Part shown: positions 28,156-40,156 of the stretch, piece by piece
Position numbering within the stretch: position 1 is the first letter of the stretch
How the letters are laid out: every line of letters begins with the position of its first letter
Assembly (NCBI GenBank): GCA_052279835.1
Contig: CP181291.1
Span: 2,400,001-2,464,000, forward strand
DNA: 64,000 nt
Direction of reading: 5' to 3'
From: Microcoleus sp.
GTDB lineage: Bacteria > Cyanobacteriota > Cyanobacteriia > Cyanobacteriales > Microcoleaceae
Translations under genes and position numbers: made by a program
The notes under the pieces: generated by a model
Seen by the model: the letters and a program-made list of their open reading frames with translations, nothing else
Databases searched by the model: none
What the model was told of the DNA's origin: nothing

Positions 28156-28518
28156 AGCAATAACCAAATTGCGATGACAACGCCCGTAGAAGCCCGCTAC
28201 ACGGGAATTGCAGGGCAAATGGATGTTCCCGAAGTACAAGTTTCTTTCCTCTACCCATCACCAAATATCGCTCCCAGCAGCCTTAGCTCGGCTGTCACAG
28301 TCACCGATACGCCACCGATGACGGTTGTTAGCATTGGTGTCGGCGGGGCTTACAGTTGGGAAAGCTACGAAAATAACCTCCAAAAACTCAAAAATTGGCT
28401 TCAACAACATCCAGAATACTCAATAGTCGGACCTCCGCGACGCTTTTTTTACAACTCCCCGATGACACCGGAAGCAATGAAAATCAGCGAGGTGCAAATT
28501 CCGATCGGAATGATTTAA
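28156..28518 (+). pseudogene. SOUL heme-binding protein, 3' part
   Basis: SNNQIAMTTPVE..VSFLYP..YNSPMTP..SEVQIPI. Confidence 0.85.
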
Positions 28519-28663
28519 CCGCGAAGGCGCGAAGTACGCGAAGGAAGAGAAGAGAAGAGAGAGTTTAATACAGGACGATGAAGAGAGGATTTTATATTAT
28601 TGGTAAGTGGCTACTAATTACCAATTACCAATGCCCGATACACCATGCCTAATTCCCTCTCTT

Positions 28664-29080
28664 TCAGTTACCGCTGATATGAACCACGAGTTCGCGAGTC
28701 TGCCCCCGCTGACGATGTTCCCATAGGTAAATTCCCTGCCAAGTTCCTAACAGCAGCCTACCGCGAGCGATCGGGATTTGTTCAGAAGTATGAGTCAATG
28801 CAGTGCGAATGTGAGCCGGCATATCGTCGGGGCCTTCTGCATCGTGAATATAGGTTGCACCCTCCGGTACCAGTTTAGCTAAAAAGTTGGCTAAGTCCTT
28901 GAGTACATCGGGGTCTGCATTTTCCTGGATCAGCAAACTAGCAGAAGTATGGCGCAAAAACAAGGTACAAAGTCCTGTGTTAATACCAGAATTAGCTACC
29001 ACATTTTCTACACTATCGGTAATTTTGCATAAAGATTTACCGATAGTGTTAATTTTGAATATCTGTTGGTAATGAGTCAT
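28664..29080 (-). CDS. yjbQ: YjbQ/UPF0047 family protein
   Basis: HTSASL..ENADPDV, DDMPAHI, LGTWQGIYLWEHR. Confidence 0.92.
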   Translation of the reverse strand: MTHYQQIFKINTIGKSLCKITDSVENVVANSGINTGLCTLFLRHTSASLLIQENADPDVLKDLANFLAKLVPEGATYIHDAEGPDDMPAHIRTALTHTSEQIPIARGRLLLGTWQGIYLWEHRQRGQTRELVVHISGN

Positions 29081-29190
29081 AGGATTTTAGATTTGGGATT
29101 TGAGATTTTGCAATAATCTTCAGCGGGCGAAGGCAGACGAAAGTTTGACAAGCAGCGAATTCTATGGGCTTTATTTGATGGACTTTTTTG

Positions 29191-30291
29191 CTATTTAAAA
29201 TAATCTACAACAGCGTGGGCGATCGCCTCCGTACCATTTTTGGCCAATTTTTCTGACAAACGCGGGGGCTGCATCGGTTTTCCTAAAAAGTCCCAATCAC
29301 CCTCAAAAAACTCCGCAGCAGTGATAATTTGATGGGAACCATAGTTTTGCATCCCTGCGAGTAAAATCTCCGCTTCGGCAAAACCTTCTCTCATGATAGA
29401 AACCACAGGTATGGACAAACGCAAAGCTTCCGAAAAAGTGCTATACCCCGGTTTGGAAATCACCCGTCCGCAGACAGGCATTACATCAACAGGACGGGGT
29501 AAAATGGGGAAAGAGTTGGCAAACTCCTGACTCTTGACTCTAATCAAATTTGGCAAATCAGGAGCAGCAGCATCAAAAGTGATAAATTGGCGATCGCTAA
29601 ACTTGTGTAAATTGTGATAAGGGATATCTTCCAAACCGAGTCCACCAAAAGTCAACAATACAGTATTTTCTAGGGGTGTTTCGATTCTGAATAACTCCCG
29701 AATTTTATCGTTACTATACCGAGGATTGCCACCTGTTAAACCAACATCTTCTATATGAGGAAAAAACGACATTTTTTCGTGCAAAGGGAGACGAAAAAGG
29801 CGATCGCACATTCCGAAGCACTCACCAATCCAATCCACTATGTCGTCAAACTCCCCGCCCCAATCACGATAAATAAAATCCCAACCAAAATTGCTCATCA
29901 TCCAGCAAGGAACACCAGCAGCCTTAGCAATCTTTGTCATCACAGGTGGAATATCTGCCAGAATCAAACCCACCCGATTTTGTTTAATAAAATTTACTTC
30001 GCTAGCAATTAATGAATTTTGCTTTTTCCGAATTTCCTGCAACTTTTCCAGTGTGGAGTCTAAATCCATATTCAAACTGTCAGACTGCACGACACCAACA
30101 TCAAAAGCGCGGGGGCGGAGAATGAAATCACCTGTGATGTATGATTCTAGCAACCAACGGGGTGCTGTTGTGGCGATAATTAATAAAATTTCTGGATGTA
30201 ATTCTTGAATTTTTGCTGCTACAGATGAAACTCGGACGGCATGGCCGAATCCATGATTAGTGATGGCGATGTATAATGTTGGTCGAGACAT
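29191..30291 (-). CDS. GT-B glycosyltransferase-like protein
   Basis: HGFGHAVR, FGGLG, SKPGYSTFSEA. Confidence 0.8.
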   Translation of the reverse strand: MSRPTLYIAITNHGFGHAVRVSSVAAKIQELHPEILLIIATTAPRWLLESYITGDFILRPRAFDVGVVQSDSLNMDLDSTLEKLQEIRKKQNSLIASEVNFIKQNRVGLILADIPPVMTKIAKAAGVPCWMMSNFGWDFIYRDWGGEFDDIVDWIGECFGMCDRLFRLPLHEKMSFFPHIEDVGLTGGNPRYSNDKIRELFRIETPLENTVLLTFGGLGLEDIPYHNLHKFSDRQFITFDAAAPDLPNLIRVKSQEFANSFPILPRPVDVMPVCGRVISKPGYSTFSEALRLSIPVVSIMREGFAEAEILLAGMQNYGSHQIITAAEFFEGDWDFLGKPMQPPRLSEKLAKNGTEAIAHAVVDYFK

Positions 30292-30295
30292 TCTG

Positions 30296-30343
30296 ATTGG
30301 TAATTGGTAATTGGTAATTGGTTATTTGTTATTTGTTATTTGT
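30296..30343. repeat. STRR heptamer tandem repeats (ATTGGTA, TTATTTG)
   Basis: Visible tandem 7-mers; similar run at 60565-60610. Confidence 0.75.
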
Positions 30344-31435
30344 TACTCGATCGATAATTTCGCCGGCGATTGCTTCCAAGGATAGCACTCGATCGGCTAA
30401 ACCAGAATTAGCCACAATTCCCGGCATACCCCAAACTACGCTACTAGCCCGATCCTGAACTAAAATTTGACCCCCAACCTCCCGAATACCCTCGCAGCCG
30501 TGAAGTCCATCTTGTCCCATCCCCGTCAGCACTACAGCTAAAACCCCCGCACCATAAATTTTAGCAGTCGATCGAAACAACACATCAACCGCAGGGCGAC
30601 AAGAATTTTCTGGAGGATCTTGATTAGTCCGAATTTGCACTTCCAAACCCTGTCTTTCTAAGAACATATGATAATCTCCCGGTGCTATCCAAGCAACTCC
30701 CGGTGCGACAATACCCCCTGTCAAACCTTCCTTTACCCCAATCTTACACTTTTGAGCAAGTCGCTCGGCCAAACGCTTCGTAAATATAGGTGGCATATGC
30801 TGCACAATCACTATTGGGACGGGGAAATTAGCTGGTAACGCCGACAAAACAGTCTCCAAAGCATTCGGCCCTCCCGTTGATGCCCCTACAGCCACAATTT
30901 CCACCTTAGATTTAATATCGATCGCTGCATGGGGGGACAAAAACTGCGATTTATGGGGGGGGGATTTAGCCGTAATAGTTTGAGGTTTTTCTGCTACTTG
31001 CATCGGCACTAAATCCGGCCTTAAACCACCCTGGCAAAGTATTTTAATTTTAGGAATTAAATGCTCGCGAACGTAGTTTACCACCACTTCATTGCTGTTG
31101 AACTTCTCAGGCTTATTCACGTAATCTGTAGCCCCAAGAGAGAGAGACTCTAAACTAGCATAATTCCCGATTGTGGTCATGGTGCTAAATATGATGATGG
31201 GAATTTCTTGGTCTTTTTCCCTGATCGCTATCAGGGTTTGTAAGCCTTCCATTTCCGGCATTTCCAGATCCATTACAATCAAATCTGGATTTACCTGAGA
31301 AATCTGAGCTAACGCAATTTTACCATTGGGTGCAGTTCCCACCACTTCTAATGCTGCATCGGCATTGATTACATTACTTAATAATCGGCGTACAACTACG
31401 GATTGATCGACAACTAAAATTTTAATTTGAGGCAT
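30329..31435 (-). CDS. cheB: Chemotaxis response regulator methylesterase
   Basis: REC plus GASTGG, VQHMP, GMGQDG catalytic triad. Confidence 0.95.
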   Translation of the reverse strand: MPQIKILVVDQSVVVRRLLSNVINADAALEVVGTAPNGKIALAQISQVNPDLIVMDLEMPEMEGLQTLIAIREKDQEIPIIIFSTMTTIGNYASLESLSLGATDYVNKPEKFNSNEVVVNYVREHLIPKIKILCQGGLRPDLVPMQVAEKPQTITAKSPPHKSQFLSPHAAIDIKSKVEIVAVGASTGGPNALETVLSALPANFPVPIVIVQHMPPIFTKRLAERLAQKCKIGVKEGLTGGIVAPGVAWIAPGDYHMFLERQGLEVQIRTNQDPPENSCRPAVDVLFRSTAKIYGAGVLAVVLTGMGQDGLHGCEGIREVGGQILVQDRASSVVWGMPGIVANSGLADRVLSLEAIAGEIIDRVTNNK

Positions 31436-31441
31436 TTTTAC

Positions 31442-32455
31442 TTATACTCTAAACATGAAATCTAGAAGTAAACGAGCTTGAAAAAACAGAATAAAATCTC
31501 CTTCTAGATGAAAATCTATGATTTTAAAATGAGACATTAACAGTATAATTGTTGACCTCATATTAAAATCAATAGCGGTAAAAATCTCCTCAGCAGAACC
31601 TTCTATATAGTTAGGAACTACATAACCGAGGTCGTATTTTAATGTATTGCTAAATGTGCCGACGATACCGCTAATGGCTAAATTGCCAATTTCTCCCATG
31701 ATGTCGGCTTTATCTTGCTTGAATTTATCACTTCCGACATCGCCACCCCCATTGATACCCAAGACTAAAGCATCTGCCGCTTCGCAGGAAAATAACAACT
31801 GAGCTGAACCAGATAAATTGCCTGTAAAATTAATTTGAGCTACAGATAATAAGTTGTTCCCCAAGGTATCCCTCATTTTCTTTTGTAAAAATAGAGGCGA
31901 CAGTGCCTGAAAAAAAGGTGGTTGAAATTCTATTTTGCAGCCGATGGTTTCACTCATTTGAGAAATGGCTGTGCGGAGGGCTTTGTTCACCACATCCTGT
32001 AGTTTATTTTGTTTCCCTGTTTGGACTAATGCTAAGTCAAAACTTTGACTTTGATTTAGGGAATCAATGGAGTCGAAATAGTCGGGATAAACAGCCATTG
32101 CTAGGGCCTGGCGCAATTCTAATTCATTGTTGGTTTTTTTGAGGGTGGCAAAAATTCCCGCCACCGACAAATACTGAATCATATTTTTGGCTAAATCGTC
32201 GCTGAGAATGATGGTGGGTATTTGCAAAAAGTGTAAAAATTGGATAATCTGCAAATAATTATGTTCTATAAATTCAAAATCTAAAATGACTGCTTTGGGA
32301 TGGTGGCACTCAGCAATATCTAAGCAATTGTACAAATCGGCTGCTGTGGCGAATACATATTCGTTTGCTTTTAGGGTTTCGTATAGTCTATTATTTTCTA
32401 CCTCTAAGCTGCCACCAATCAGAATTAAAGCGATGGGGTGTGAGTAAATATTCAT
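31442..32455 (-). CDS. Degenerate receiver domain + CheC-like phosphatase domain
   Basis: C-terminal half parallels 34925-35521 (SGSAQLLF, EIGN). Confidence 0.7.
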   Translation of the reverse strand: MNIYSHPIALILIGGSLEVENNRLYETLKANEYVFATAADLYNCLDIAECHHPKAVILDFEFIEHNYLQIIQFLHFLQIPTIILSDDLAKNMIQYLSVAGIFATLKKTNNELELRQALAMAVYPDYFDSIDSLNQSQSFDLALVQTGKQNKLQDVVNKALRTAISQMSETIGCKIEFQPPFFQALSPLFLQKKMRDTLGNNLLSVAQINFTGNLSGSAQLLFSCEAADALVLGINGGGDVGSDKFKQDKADIMGEIGNLAISGIVGTFSNTLKYDLGYVVPNYIEGSAEEIFTAIDFNMRSTIILLMSHFKIIDFHLEGDFILFFQARLLLDFMFRV

Positions 32456-32578
32456 GGCGGTATTTGTGTAATAATTTAATTAGATTTTTCCAAGATGTTT
32501 GTATGTTAAAAGGTTCCCTGACAGTAGCTGGGAACCTCTTAAAATGCAATCCTAACTAACTACTGACTACTCATAAAA

Positions 32579-34870
32579 TCAATACTTGAATTGACTGACA
32601 AGTTGTTGCAACTCGGTGGCGGTTTTCGACAATTCGATCGCCGAATTTTGAGTATTACTAGCACTGGCGGTCGTACTACCCGCGGCCTCGGCTACGCTGG
32701 TAATATTACGGGCAATTTCCGAAGAACCGATCGCAACTTGATTGACATTTCGCGAAATTTCGGTAGTTATGGCTGTTTGTTCTTCCACTGCACTGGCGAT
32801 GGTAGTTTGAAAATCGCTGATTTGGTTGATAATAGAAGTAATTTGCCCGATCGCCTGCACCGAACTCCTAGTATCAGCTTGAATAGCTTCTACTTTCTTG
32901 CTGATATCTTCAGTCGCCACTGCGGTTTGTTTCGCCAACTCCTTCACCTCATTCGCCACCACCGCAAAACCTTTGCCAGCTTCTCCAGCCCGCGCCGCTT
33001 CAATCGTAGCATTGAGAGCTAATAAATTAGTCTGTTGGGCGATCGAAGTAATCACCTTGACAACATTGCCAATTTCTGCACTACTGAGACCGAGTTTAGT
33101 AATCGTTTGATTAGTCGTTTCCGCCATCTTCACCGCCGAATAAGCAACTGTCGCTGCTTCCGAAGCATTTTTAGCAATCTCCCTAATGCTAAAATTCATC
33201 TGCTCAATGCCAATAGCAACGGACTGAGTATTGGTGCTAACTAAATCCGCCGCCGCGGATACCGTAACAGCTTGAGCCGAAGTTTCTTCAGCCGCAGCCC
33301 CCATATTTTGGCTTTCGCTAATCAATTCCTCCGAAGCACTGCTAACGGCGATCGCCACTTGAGAAATCTGCTGCACTTGCTGGGTCAAATTAGCAGCCAT
33401 CAAATTAACATTATCCGTCAAATCCTTCCAAGTACCGCCGATATCGGGTACTCTCGCCTGTCCTCCCAACTGTCCCGAAACTACTTCTTGAGCCAGCTTA
33501 GTTACTTCATCTGCAAAAGTATTAAGCCGATCCACCATGGTATTCAAAGTATCTTTCAGTTTCAGAATTTCGCCCCTAGCTTCTACAGTAATTTTATAAG
33601 ATAAATCTCCCCCAGCAACCGCCGTAGAAACTTCAGCAATATTGCGAACTTGGGCCGTCAAGTGAGCAGCCATAATATTCACATTATCAGCCAAAGTCAA
33701 CCAAGTACCAGACAAACCTGCAACTTGTGCTTGACCTCCCAATTTGCCTTCAACACCAACTTCTTGAGCAACTCGCGTCACTTCTAAAGCAAACCCATCA
33801 AGTTGATCGGTCATTTTATTAATTGTATTCTTCAGCTCCAAAATTTCCCCTTGAGCTTCTACAGTAATTTTTTTAGACAAATCACCATGAGCCACAGCCG
33901 TAGTCACTTCCGCTATATTTCGCACTTGACTGGTCAGATTACTCGCCATTAAATTAACATTTTTGGTTAAATCTTTCCAGACACCAGCCACCCCGTGAAT
34001 TTGTGCTTGACCGCCGAGTTTTCCCTCGGTTCCCACTTCCCTTGCTACCCTCGTCACCTCTCTTGCGAATTCGTTGAGACTATCAACCATTTGATTGAGA
34101 GTATCTTTCAGTTGCAAAATTTCACCTTCGGCATCAACTGTAATTTTTTCAGTCAAATCACCCACGCTAATCGCAATGGCAACTTTATTAATGTTCCGCA
34201 CTTGATTAGTGAGATTTGCTGCCATCAAGTTAACGTTTTCGGTAAGTTCTTTCCAAATACCAGAAACCCCTTCTACTTTCGCTTGGGTTCCCAATTTTCC
34301 TTCGCTACCAACTTCGTGGGCGACGCGGGTCACTTCTAAGCCAAAAGCATTTAATTGGTCTACCATGTTATTGAGAGTAGTACCAATGCGACGGAATAAT
34401 CCTTTAATTGGTTTACCTTCTACTTCTAATTGGAATTTCTCCGATAAATCGCCTTTAGCGACAGCGTGCAGTACCTTTGCCATGTCTATTGTCGGTAAAA
34501 TCAAGCTGTCTAGTGTCAAGTTTACCGCATCCAAGCTGCTAACCCAAGCACCTTTAAATTCTTTAATTAGTAGTTTTTTTGGTACTTTTCCAGCTTCTGT
34601 CACCGCTTGACTGACTCGCTCTACTTCGTCTGCAAATTTTTCATTTACTGTCACCATTTCATTGAAGACTGTGGCAATTTCACCCAATCCGCGATCGGCC
34701 CGTAAGCGCACGCTAAAGTCCCCATCCCTAACTGCTGCCAGAGCGAGAATGAGTTGTTGGCGGTATTGACTATCGCTCATTAGTGGAACTTCTTTTTCTC
34801 CCAAATCGCCGCTTTCGACAGCTTCAGTGTTGGAAGATTCTAAGGGGGTTGATTGATTTTGGTTGTCCAT
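32579..34870 (-). CDS. Soluble methyl-accepting chemotaxis protein with poly-HAMP array
   Basis: Repeated [19 protein letters not shown] units; [30 protein letters not shown] tip; no TM helix. Confidence 0.92.
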   Translation of the reverse strand: MDNQNQSTPLESSNTEAVESGDLGEKEVPLMSDSQYRQQLILALAAVRDGDFSVRLRADRGLGEIATVFNEMVTVNEKFADEVERVSQAVTEAGKVPKKLLIKEFKGAWVSSLDAVNLTLDSLILPTIDMAKVLHAVAKGDLSEKFQLEVEGKPIKGLFRRIGTTLNNMVDQLNAFGLEVTRVAHEVGSEGKLGTQAKVEGVSGIWKELTENVNLMAANLTNQVRNINKVAIAISVGDLTEKITVDAEGEILQLKDTLNQMVDSLNEFAREVTRVAREVGTEGKLGGQAQIHGVAGVWKDLTKNVNLMASNLTSQVRNIAEVTTAVAHGDLSKKITVEAQGEILELKNTINKMTDQLDGFALEVTRVAQEVGVEGKLGGQAQVAGLSGTWLTLADNVNIMAAHLTAQVRNIAEVSTAVAGGDLSYKITVEARGEILKLKDTLNTMVDRLNTFADEVTKLAQEVVSGQLGGQARVPDIGGTWKDLTDNVNLMAANLTQQVQQISQVAIAVSSASEELISESQNMGAAAEETSAQAVTVSAAADLVSTNTQSVAIGIEQMNFSIREIAKNASEAATVAYSAVKMAETTNQTITKLGLSSAEIGNVVKVITSIAQQTNLLALNATIEAARAGEAGKGFAVVANEVKELAKQTAVATEDISKKVEAIQADTRSSVQAIGQITSIINQISDFQTTIASAVEEQTAITTEISRNVNQVAIGSSEIARNITSVAEAAGSTTASASNTQNSAIELSKTATELQQLVSQFKY

Positions 34871-34924
34871 GTTTTCGGTTTAGTTTCGGGAAAATTTAAT
34901 TAGGGAATATCAGATATTTACTAT

Positions 34925-35521
34925 CTATACACTGGCGATCGCCTTTAATAACAACGTGAATGAACTTACATCAAAAAATAGCATTATGTCTCCTTGAATT
35001 TGCAATTCTTCTATACTAAAATGAGCTGGAGCTAACAGGACAGTGCCGTTGTCTAAAGACTGTTCTTTTAATAACACTTCCTGAATTTCTTCCTCTGCGT
35101 AATAGGGAACTGCGTAGTCTAACGGTTGGTCTAAAACATTACTAATTGAACCCATCACACCGTTGATCACCATATTCCCCACCTCGCTGAGGGTACTAAT
35201 TTTGAGAGAATCCAGGTCTGGACTTCCTTTCTCTTCGCCAGTGAGAACAGAAACTAGATTTACCGCACTCTCTGTTGGGAAGAGTAGCTGAGCACTGCCA
35301 GAAAATGAACCGCTAAAGGCTAGCTGCACCACAGAAAGTAACTCTTTACCGAAACGTTCCTTTAATTCTCTTTGCAATTCAAGAGAGGATAAAAGTTCGA
35401 CATCAGGAATTTCTAACTGAATGGGAAATTGAATCATTTCATTCAACATTCCAGCAGCATGACCCACGCCAATATTGATCAGTTCCTTCAAAGCATCTAA
35501 TTCATCGGCTGTTAACTCCAC
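34925..35521 (-). CDS. cheC: CheC-family phosphatase
   Basis: DALKELINIG and SEVGN (E-x-x-N) motifs. Confidence 0.85.
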   Translation of the reverse strand: MELTADELDALKELINIGVGHAAGMLNEMIQFPIQLEIPDVELLSSLELQRELKERFGKELLSVVQLAFSGSFSGSAQLLFPTESAVNLVSVLTGEEKGSPDLDSLKISTLSEVGNMVINGVMGSISNVLDQPLDYAVPYYAEEEIQEVLLKEQSLDNGTVLLAPAHFSIEELQIQGDIMLFFDVSSFTLLLKAIASV

Positions 35522-35532
35522 TCTCCTATCTC

Positions 35533-35895
35533 CTATTTGCTACTCAGAGCTTTTTGGATTGCATCCTGAATTTCTGGAGCTTTTGGAGGCTTTTTCAGCA
35601 TCATAAAAGCTCCCAATTCTTCGCACTTTTTCCGTGCACTGTCTTGAATATCTGCTGACAGTACGATTACGGGAATTTTGATTCCTTTTTCGTCCAAGGA
35701 TTTCAGCAATGTAAAACCGTCCATTTCTGGCATTAACAAATCTGTCATGATACAGTCGGGCGAATGAGCAGCAGCCATCTCTAAGCATTCTTGTCCGTTG
35801 CCAGCTTCTATGACTTCATGTCCGCCTGCTTCCACAGCTTTCCGAATCATCCGCCGAGCAAATGCTGCATCATCTGTAATCAAAATTAAAGCCAT
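35533..35895 (-). CDS. Single-domain CheY-like response regulator
   Basis: TDD, TDLLMP, SAD, KP. Confidence 0.88.
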   Translation of the reverse strand: MALILITDDAAFARRMIRKAVEAGGHEVIEAGNGQECLEMAAAHSPDCIMTDLLMPEMDGFTLLKSLDEKGIKIPVIVLSADIQDSARKKCEELGAFMMLKKPPKAPEIQDAIQKALSSK

Positions 35896-35935
35896 ATTGG
35901 CGATTTCCTCCCAGTTTTTATTTTTAATTAATCAT

Positions 35936-37024
35936 TCATGCAGTACATTTGTTGAAATGTTTTGAGCAATCTAAAAGATAAGTTTTCATCTTCCCTTTAC
36001 CCTTAACATCCATTATTTCTCTAGCTGTAAACAAATGTTGTTTTGACAACAGTTTGTAGGTGTCTTCTGTCACTTGAATGCAGCCGGGAAAACTGTACTG
36101 TTCCATGCGACTTGCCGTGTTCACGGTATCACCCCAGAGGTCGTAGCTGAACTTTTTAGTACCGATGACTCCAGCCACCACAGGCCCGGAATGGATGCCA
36201 ATTCGCAGGCTATGGAATTCTTTTGTTTCGGTGTTTACCCTCGCCATCGCTTGCTGCATGGCTAGGGCTATTTGTACGATCGCATCGGCATGATCCTCGC
36301 GAGCTATTGGCAATCCCGATGCTACCATATAACCGTCGCCAATTGTCTTAATTTTTTCCAACCCGTACTCCTCAGTTAATTTATCAAATTCTGAAAAAAT
36401 AGAGTTAAGTTTGAGAATTAATTCAATAGGAGAAATTTCGGCTGCTAGCTTAGTAAAGCCTACCATATCAGCAAATAACACGCTGACATTGGGAAAGTGA
36501 TCCGCAATCACTAAGTCTGCGGTAGATTCTGCTTGTAATCGCTGAGCGATCGACTCTGGTAAAATATTCAGTAATAATTTTTCGGTCTTTTCTTGACTTT
36601 CAATCAACTGCCTGTAAAGTTGTGACTGTTGAATCAAGCGCCGTACTCGCTGGATCAAAACTGGCCAGTGAATAGGTTTAGTTACATAATCTGTTGCTCC
36701 TACTTCAAAAGCTTGATTGACAGATTTTTTGTCATCTAGTGCTGTAATCATCAACACGGGGATTTTTTGGGTTTTGGGATTTGCTTTGAGTTGAGCGCAG
36801 CAAGTAAATCCGTCCATTACAGGCATCATGGCATCTAGCAACACAATATCTGGGCAATTTGCTTGACAAATTTCCAAACATTCTATACCGTTTGATGCTT
36901 CCACCACCAGATATCCTTCTTTTTCGAGAATTTTGCGTGTAAATAGCTGCTGGGTTTCTTCGTCATCAACGATCAGAATTTGGGGTGTGGTTTGCGAGTT
37001 TGTTCTAAATTCAGCACTAATCAT
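35936..37024 (-). CDS. Receiver + class III adenylate cyclase
   Basis: REC; FADMVGFT, KIKTIGDGYM, YDLWGDTVNTASRME. Confidence 0.92.
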   Translation of the reverse strand: MISAEFRTNSQTTPQILIVDDEETQQLFTRKILEKEGYLVVEASNGIECLEICQANCPDIVLLDAMMPVMDGFTCCAQLKANPKTQKIPVLMITALDDKKSVNQAFEVGATDYVTKPIHWPVLIQRVRRLIQQSQLYRQLIESQEKTEKLLLNILPESIAQRLQAESTADLVIADHFPNVSVLFADMVGFTKLAAEISPIELILKLNSIFSEFDKLTEEYGLEKIKTIGDGYMVASGLPIAREDHADAIVQIALAMQQAMARVNTETKEFHSLRIGIHSGPVVAGVIGTKKFSYDLWGDTVNTASRMEQYSFPGCIQVTEDTYKLLSKQHLFTAREIMDVKGKGKMKTYLLDCSKHFNKCTA

Positions 37025-37273
37025 TTTAGATACAAATTAGGTGATGGTTCAGGATTGTTTATGGTCAAGCTTTATTGACCATTACCTAGTGATTAATTTG
37101 TGATTAATTGGTGATTACTTTTTACCCTATTTCTTAATTATTTTTATGATTGTACCAGATACTTGCCGATATTTCATATTTGTGAGATCGGATTTAAGAT
37201 TTGAGATTTAGTCCCGTCCTGAGTTGGCAAATCAAGGAGTCTGGGGGCGGGAGACCAAATTACTTGATTGTTG

Positions 37274-40156
37274 TCAAACATCATCGGCTATACTCCATGG
37301 TAAAGCAGCCTTTACCCGCTGATATTCAGCTTGAATTTTTGACATCAGTGCCTGACTATCGGCGATAGTTTCATTTCTGGCCATCTGTTCTAGTTGGGCG
37401 CACAATTGAAACAAAGGCATCGCTCCCACGGTGCTACAAGCACCTCGGAAAGCGTGGGCTGAGGCTTGAATTCCTGAACAATCAGCTCGACTCACTGCAT
37501 CTGCCATCGCTTGTAATTTTGGCTGTGCGCCTTCAAGAAATTTATTAACTATTTCCAGCCAGAATTCCTCGGCTTCTTCCCCCAATAAATCCTTCAATTC
37601 TTCAAAGTTTTGAGAGTCGATTGGTGGTAATTCTATTTTCGTTGTCTTTGTTACCGAAATTTCGGCAGTTGATGGTGGTACTAATGCGGGTGCTATTTCC
37701 TCTAATTCGGTGTTATCAATTGGCGGTAAAATAGGTAAGTGAAGATTTGAAGTTTCTGATAAATCAGGAATATTATTGGCTGCTAAACTTAGTGTGGATG
37801 ATGGATTATTTGCTTCTATTTGTGAAATTAAAACCCCGGCACGGGCGATGATTGTTTTTAACTCTTCAAAAGCCGATATTTCCGTAACAGGAGACATTGG
37901 AGTTTCCACGATAGTTGTCTGTGCAACATCACTTTTGGCTGCCTGATTTTCTCGCTCCACAAATTCAGTCGGCTCTACATCTGGATTTATAAAATAGGGA
38001 TTTAGTGCAGATCTATCCACAACGCGACTGTAAAGATTGAGTGCTTGAATTATCGCCTGGACTCGCACTGGTTTACTGATATAATCATTCATTCCCGCTT
38101 CCAAACAAATTTGGCGATCGCCCTGCATGGCATTAGCCGTCATGGCAATAATCCAAGGAAATGTCAATTGGGTATTTTTTGAATCGTATAATTCCCTATT
38201 TTCTGATTGTTGGCGATGATTTTTTAATATTGAATTATCGGCAAATTGCTGGCGAATCCGACGAGTAGTTTCCAGCCCATCCATCTCCGGCATTTGCATA
38301 TCCATAAATATAATATCGTATTGACAACGCCCTAAAGCATCCAGGGCTGCTTGTCCGCTGCTAGCAATATCAGGGCTGTAGCCTAACTTTTGCAACATCT
38401 GCCCTGCCACTATTTGATTAACTTCTACATCATCAACCAGCAGTATTTTTAAAGGCTGTTTTTCGGCTATTTCTAAATTGAATGGACTGGGAACGAGACA
38501 GGGTTGATTATTGCTGCATTCACCGCCCAGAATGCGGAGTAAAACCTCATGAAGTTGCCCTTGCCTAATGGGCTTATAAACAAAAGCTGCAAATTCAACT
38601 CGACCTTGAATTTCTTTGCGGGATGGTCGGCCGCCAGAACTGAGAATTGTTAAAGGCAAATTTTTACCTTTGGGGAATGTGCGAATTTGTTCTCCTAAAG
38701 TAATACCATCCATTCCTGGCATATGAAAATCTAAAATTCCTAGGTCAAATTGAGCTTCACGTTGCAGAATTCTCAGTGCTTGAGTCCCAGATTTAGCAGC
38801 GCGGACAATCATTCCCCAAGACTTAGCTTGCAGGGTGAGAATCTTGCGGTTAGTGGCATTATCATCTACTACCAACAGTCGCAAACCTGCTAGTTGAGGC
38901 TGGGGTACATCCAGGTTTAAAATTTCCTTGGGAGCCGGTGCTGACTGGGATTTTATAGTAAAATAAAATTGAGAGCCTTTCCCAATTTCACTTTCTACCC
39001 ACATCGTACCACCCATAATTTCGCTAAGACGTTTGCTGATAGCCAAACCCAAACCTGTGCCACCGTATTTCCGAGTTGTGGAACTGTCAATTTGACTGAA
39101 AGGCTTAAATAGTAAATTTAGGCGATCGGGCGGAATGCCGATCCCTGTGTCCTTGACAGTAAATTTAATTTCGTAGTTGCTATTGGGAAGTTTTTCCGCT
39201 TTCTGGCTATTAATATCGTTCTCAATAAGTTGCTGGCTGGTTACTTTAACTACCACTTCTCCAGTTTCTGTAAATTTTGTAGCATTGCCTAGTAAATTGA
39301 GCAATATTTGGCGCAGTCTGGTGACGTCTCCGCAGGCAAATGTGGGGGTATTGGCATCTAATTCACAGGCTAAATCAAGCTGTTTTGTCGCTGCTTTTAT
39401 GGCTACCAAGTCTAAAGCTTCTTCTACACAGTTTCTCAAATTAAATGGTTCTTCTTCTAAATCTAACCTGCCTGCTTCTATCTTAGAAAAGTCCAGGATG
39501 TCGTTGATGATTGCCAGCAAAGCATCGCCGCTGGTGCGAATTGTGTTGACAAAGTTGCGCTGGGTTGGAGATAATTGAGTATCTAACAGTAACTCAGTCA
39601 TGCCGATGACTCCATTCATGGGGGTGCGAATCTCGTGGCTCATCATTGCCAAAAATTCGCTTTTGGCTCGGTTGGCGGCTTCGGCTTCAATGCTGGCACG
39701 CTTTAATTCTTCTTCAATTACTAATCTGTGCTTAATTTCTTGCTGATAGGTTTGGATGCGGTGCGTCAGTTCTGAAACATCTTGAATGGCGATTAATGCG
39801 TAAAAACCTTCTCCTTGAATCGCTCGGATGGGAGTGACATTAGTATTTTGGACTCGCGGTTTGCCGTTGGGTAAATTTGATGCAATTAAGGACTGGTGAA
39901 GTTGCGGAGAAAATACAGCGGGCAACCCATTTTTGAATACTTGTTGTAATCGACTCTGATATTTAGGTTCGTCGAGTTGAGGAAAGTGGGTTTTTAAGTT
40001 GGTCCCGATGATTTCTTTTTTGAGTATTTTTGTCCACTGTTCTAAAATACGGTTCCAAAACAGCACTGAAAAATCTGGTCCGATGACACACAAACCAATG
40101 GGTAGTCGATCGAGTATGCTGAATTCTTGCTCTGCTTGTTTGATTGCTTCTAGCAT
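37274..40156 (-). CDS. Hybrid histidine kinase PAS-HisKA-HATPase-REC-REC-HPt
   Basis: [17 protein letters not shown], two receiver domains, AHAFRG HPt. Confidence 0.92.
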   Translation of the reverse strand: MLEAIKQAEQEFSILDRLPIGLCVIGPDFSVLFWNRILEQWTKILKKEIIGTNLKTHFPQLDEPKYQSRLQQVFKNGLPAVFSPQLHQSLIASNLPNGKPRVQNTNVTPIRAIQGEGFYALIAIQDVSELTHRIQTYQQEIKHRLVIEEELKRASIEAEAANRAKSEFLAMMSHEIRTPMNGVIGMTELLLDTQLSPTQRNFVNTIRTSGDALLAIINDILDFSKIEAGRLDLEEEPFNLRNCVEEALDLVAIKAATKQLDLACELDANTPTFACGDVTRLRQILLNLLGNATKFTETGEVVVKVTSQQLIENDINSQKAEKLPNSNYEIKFTVKDTGIGIPPDRLNLLFKPFSQIDSSTTRKYGGTGLGLAISKRLSEIMGGTMWVESEIGKGSQFYFTIKSQSAPAPKEILNLDVPQPQLAGLRLLVVDDNATNRKILTLQAKSWGMIVRAAKSGTQALRILQREAQFDLGILDFHMPGMDGITLGEQIRTFPKGKNLPLTILSSGGRPSRKEIQGRVEFAAFVYKPIRQGQLHEVLLRILGGECSNNQPCLVPSPFNLEIAEKQPLKILLVDDVEVNQIVAGQMLQKLGYSPDIASSGQAALDALGRCQYDIIFMDMQMPEMDGLETTRRIRQQFADNSILKNHRQQSENRELYDSKNTQLTFPWIIAMTANAMQGDRQICLEAGMNDYISKPVRVQAIIQALNLYSRVVDRSALNPYFINPDVEPTEFVERENQAAKSDVAQTTIVETPMSPVTEISAFEELKTIIARAGVLISQIEANNPSSTLSLAANNIPDLSETSNLHLPILPPIDNTELEEIAPALVPPSTAEISVTKTTKIELPPIDSQNFEELKDLLGEEAEEFWLEIVNKFLEGAQPKLQAMADAVSRADCSGIQASAHAFRGACSTVGAMPLFQLCAQLEQMARNETIADSQALMSKIQAEYQRVKAALPWSIADDV

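Noticed and set aside
28174..28518. Independent 114-aa gene
   Set aside because: It is the 3' part of the split SOUL gene; this Met is the internal IAMTTPV motif
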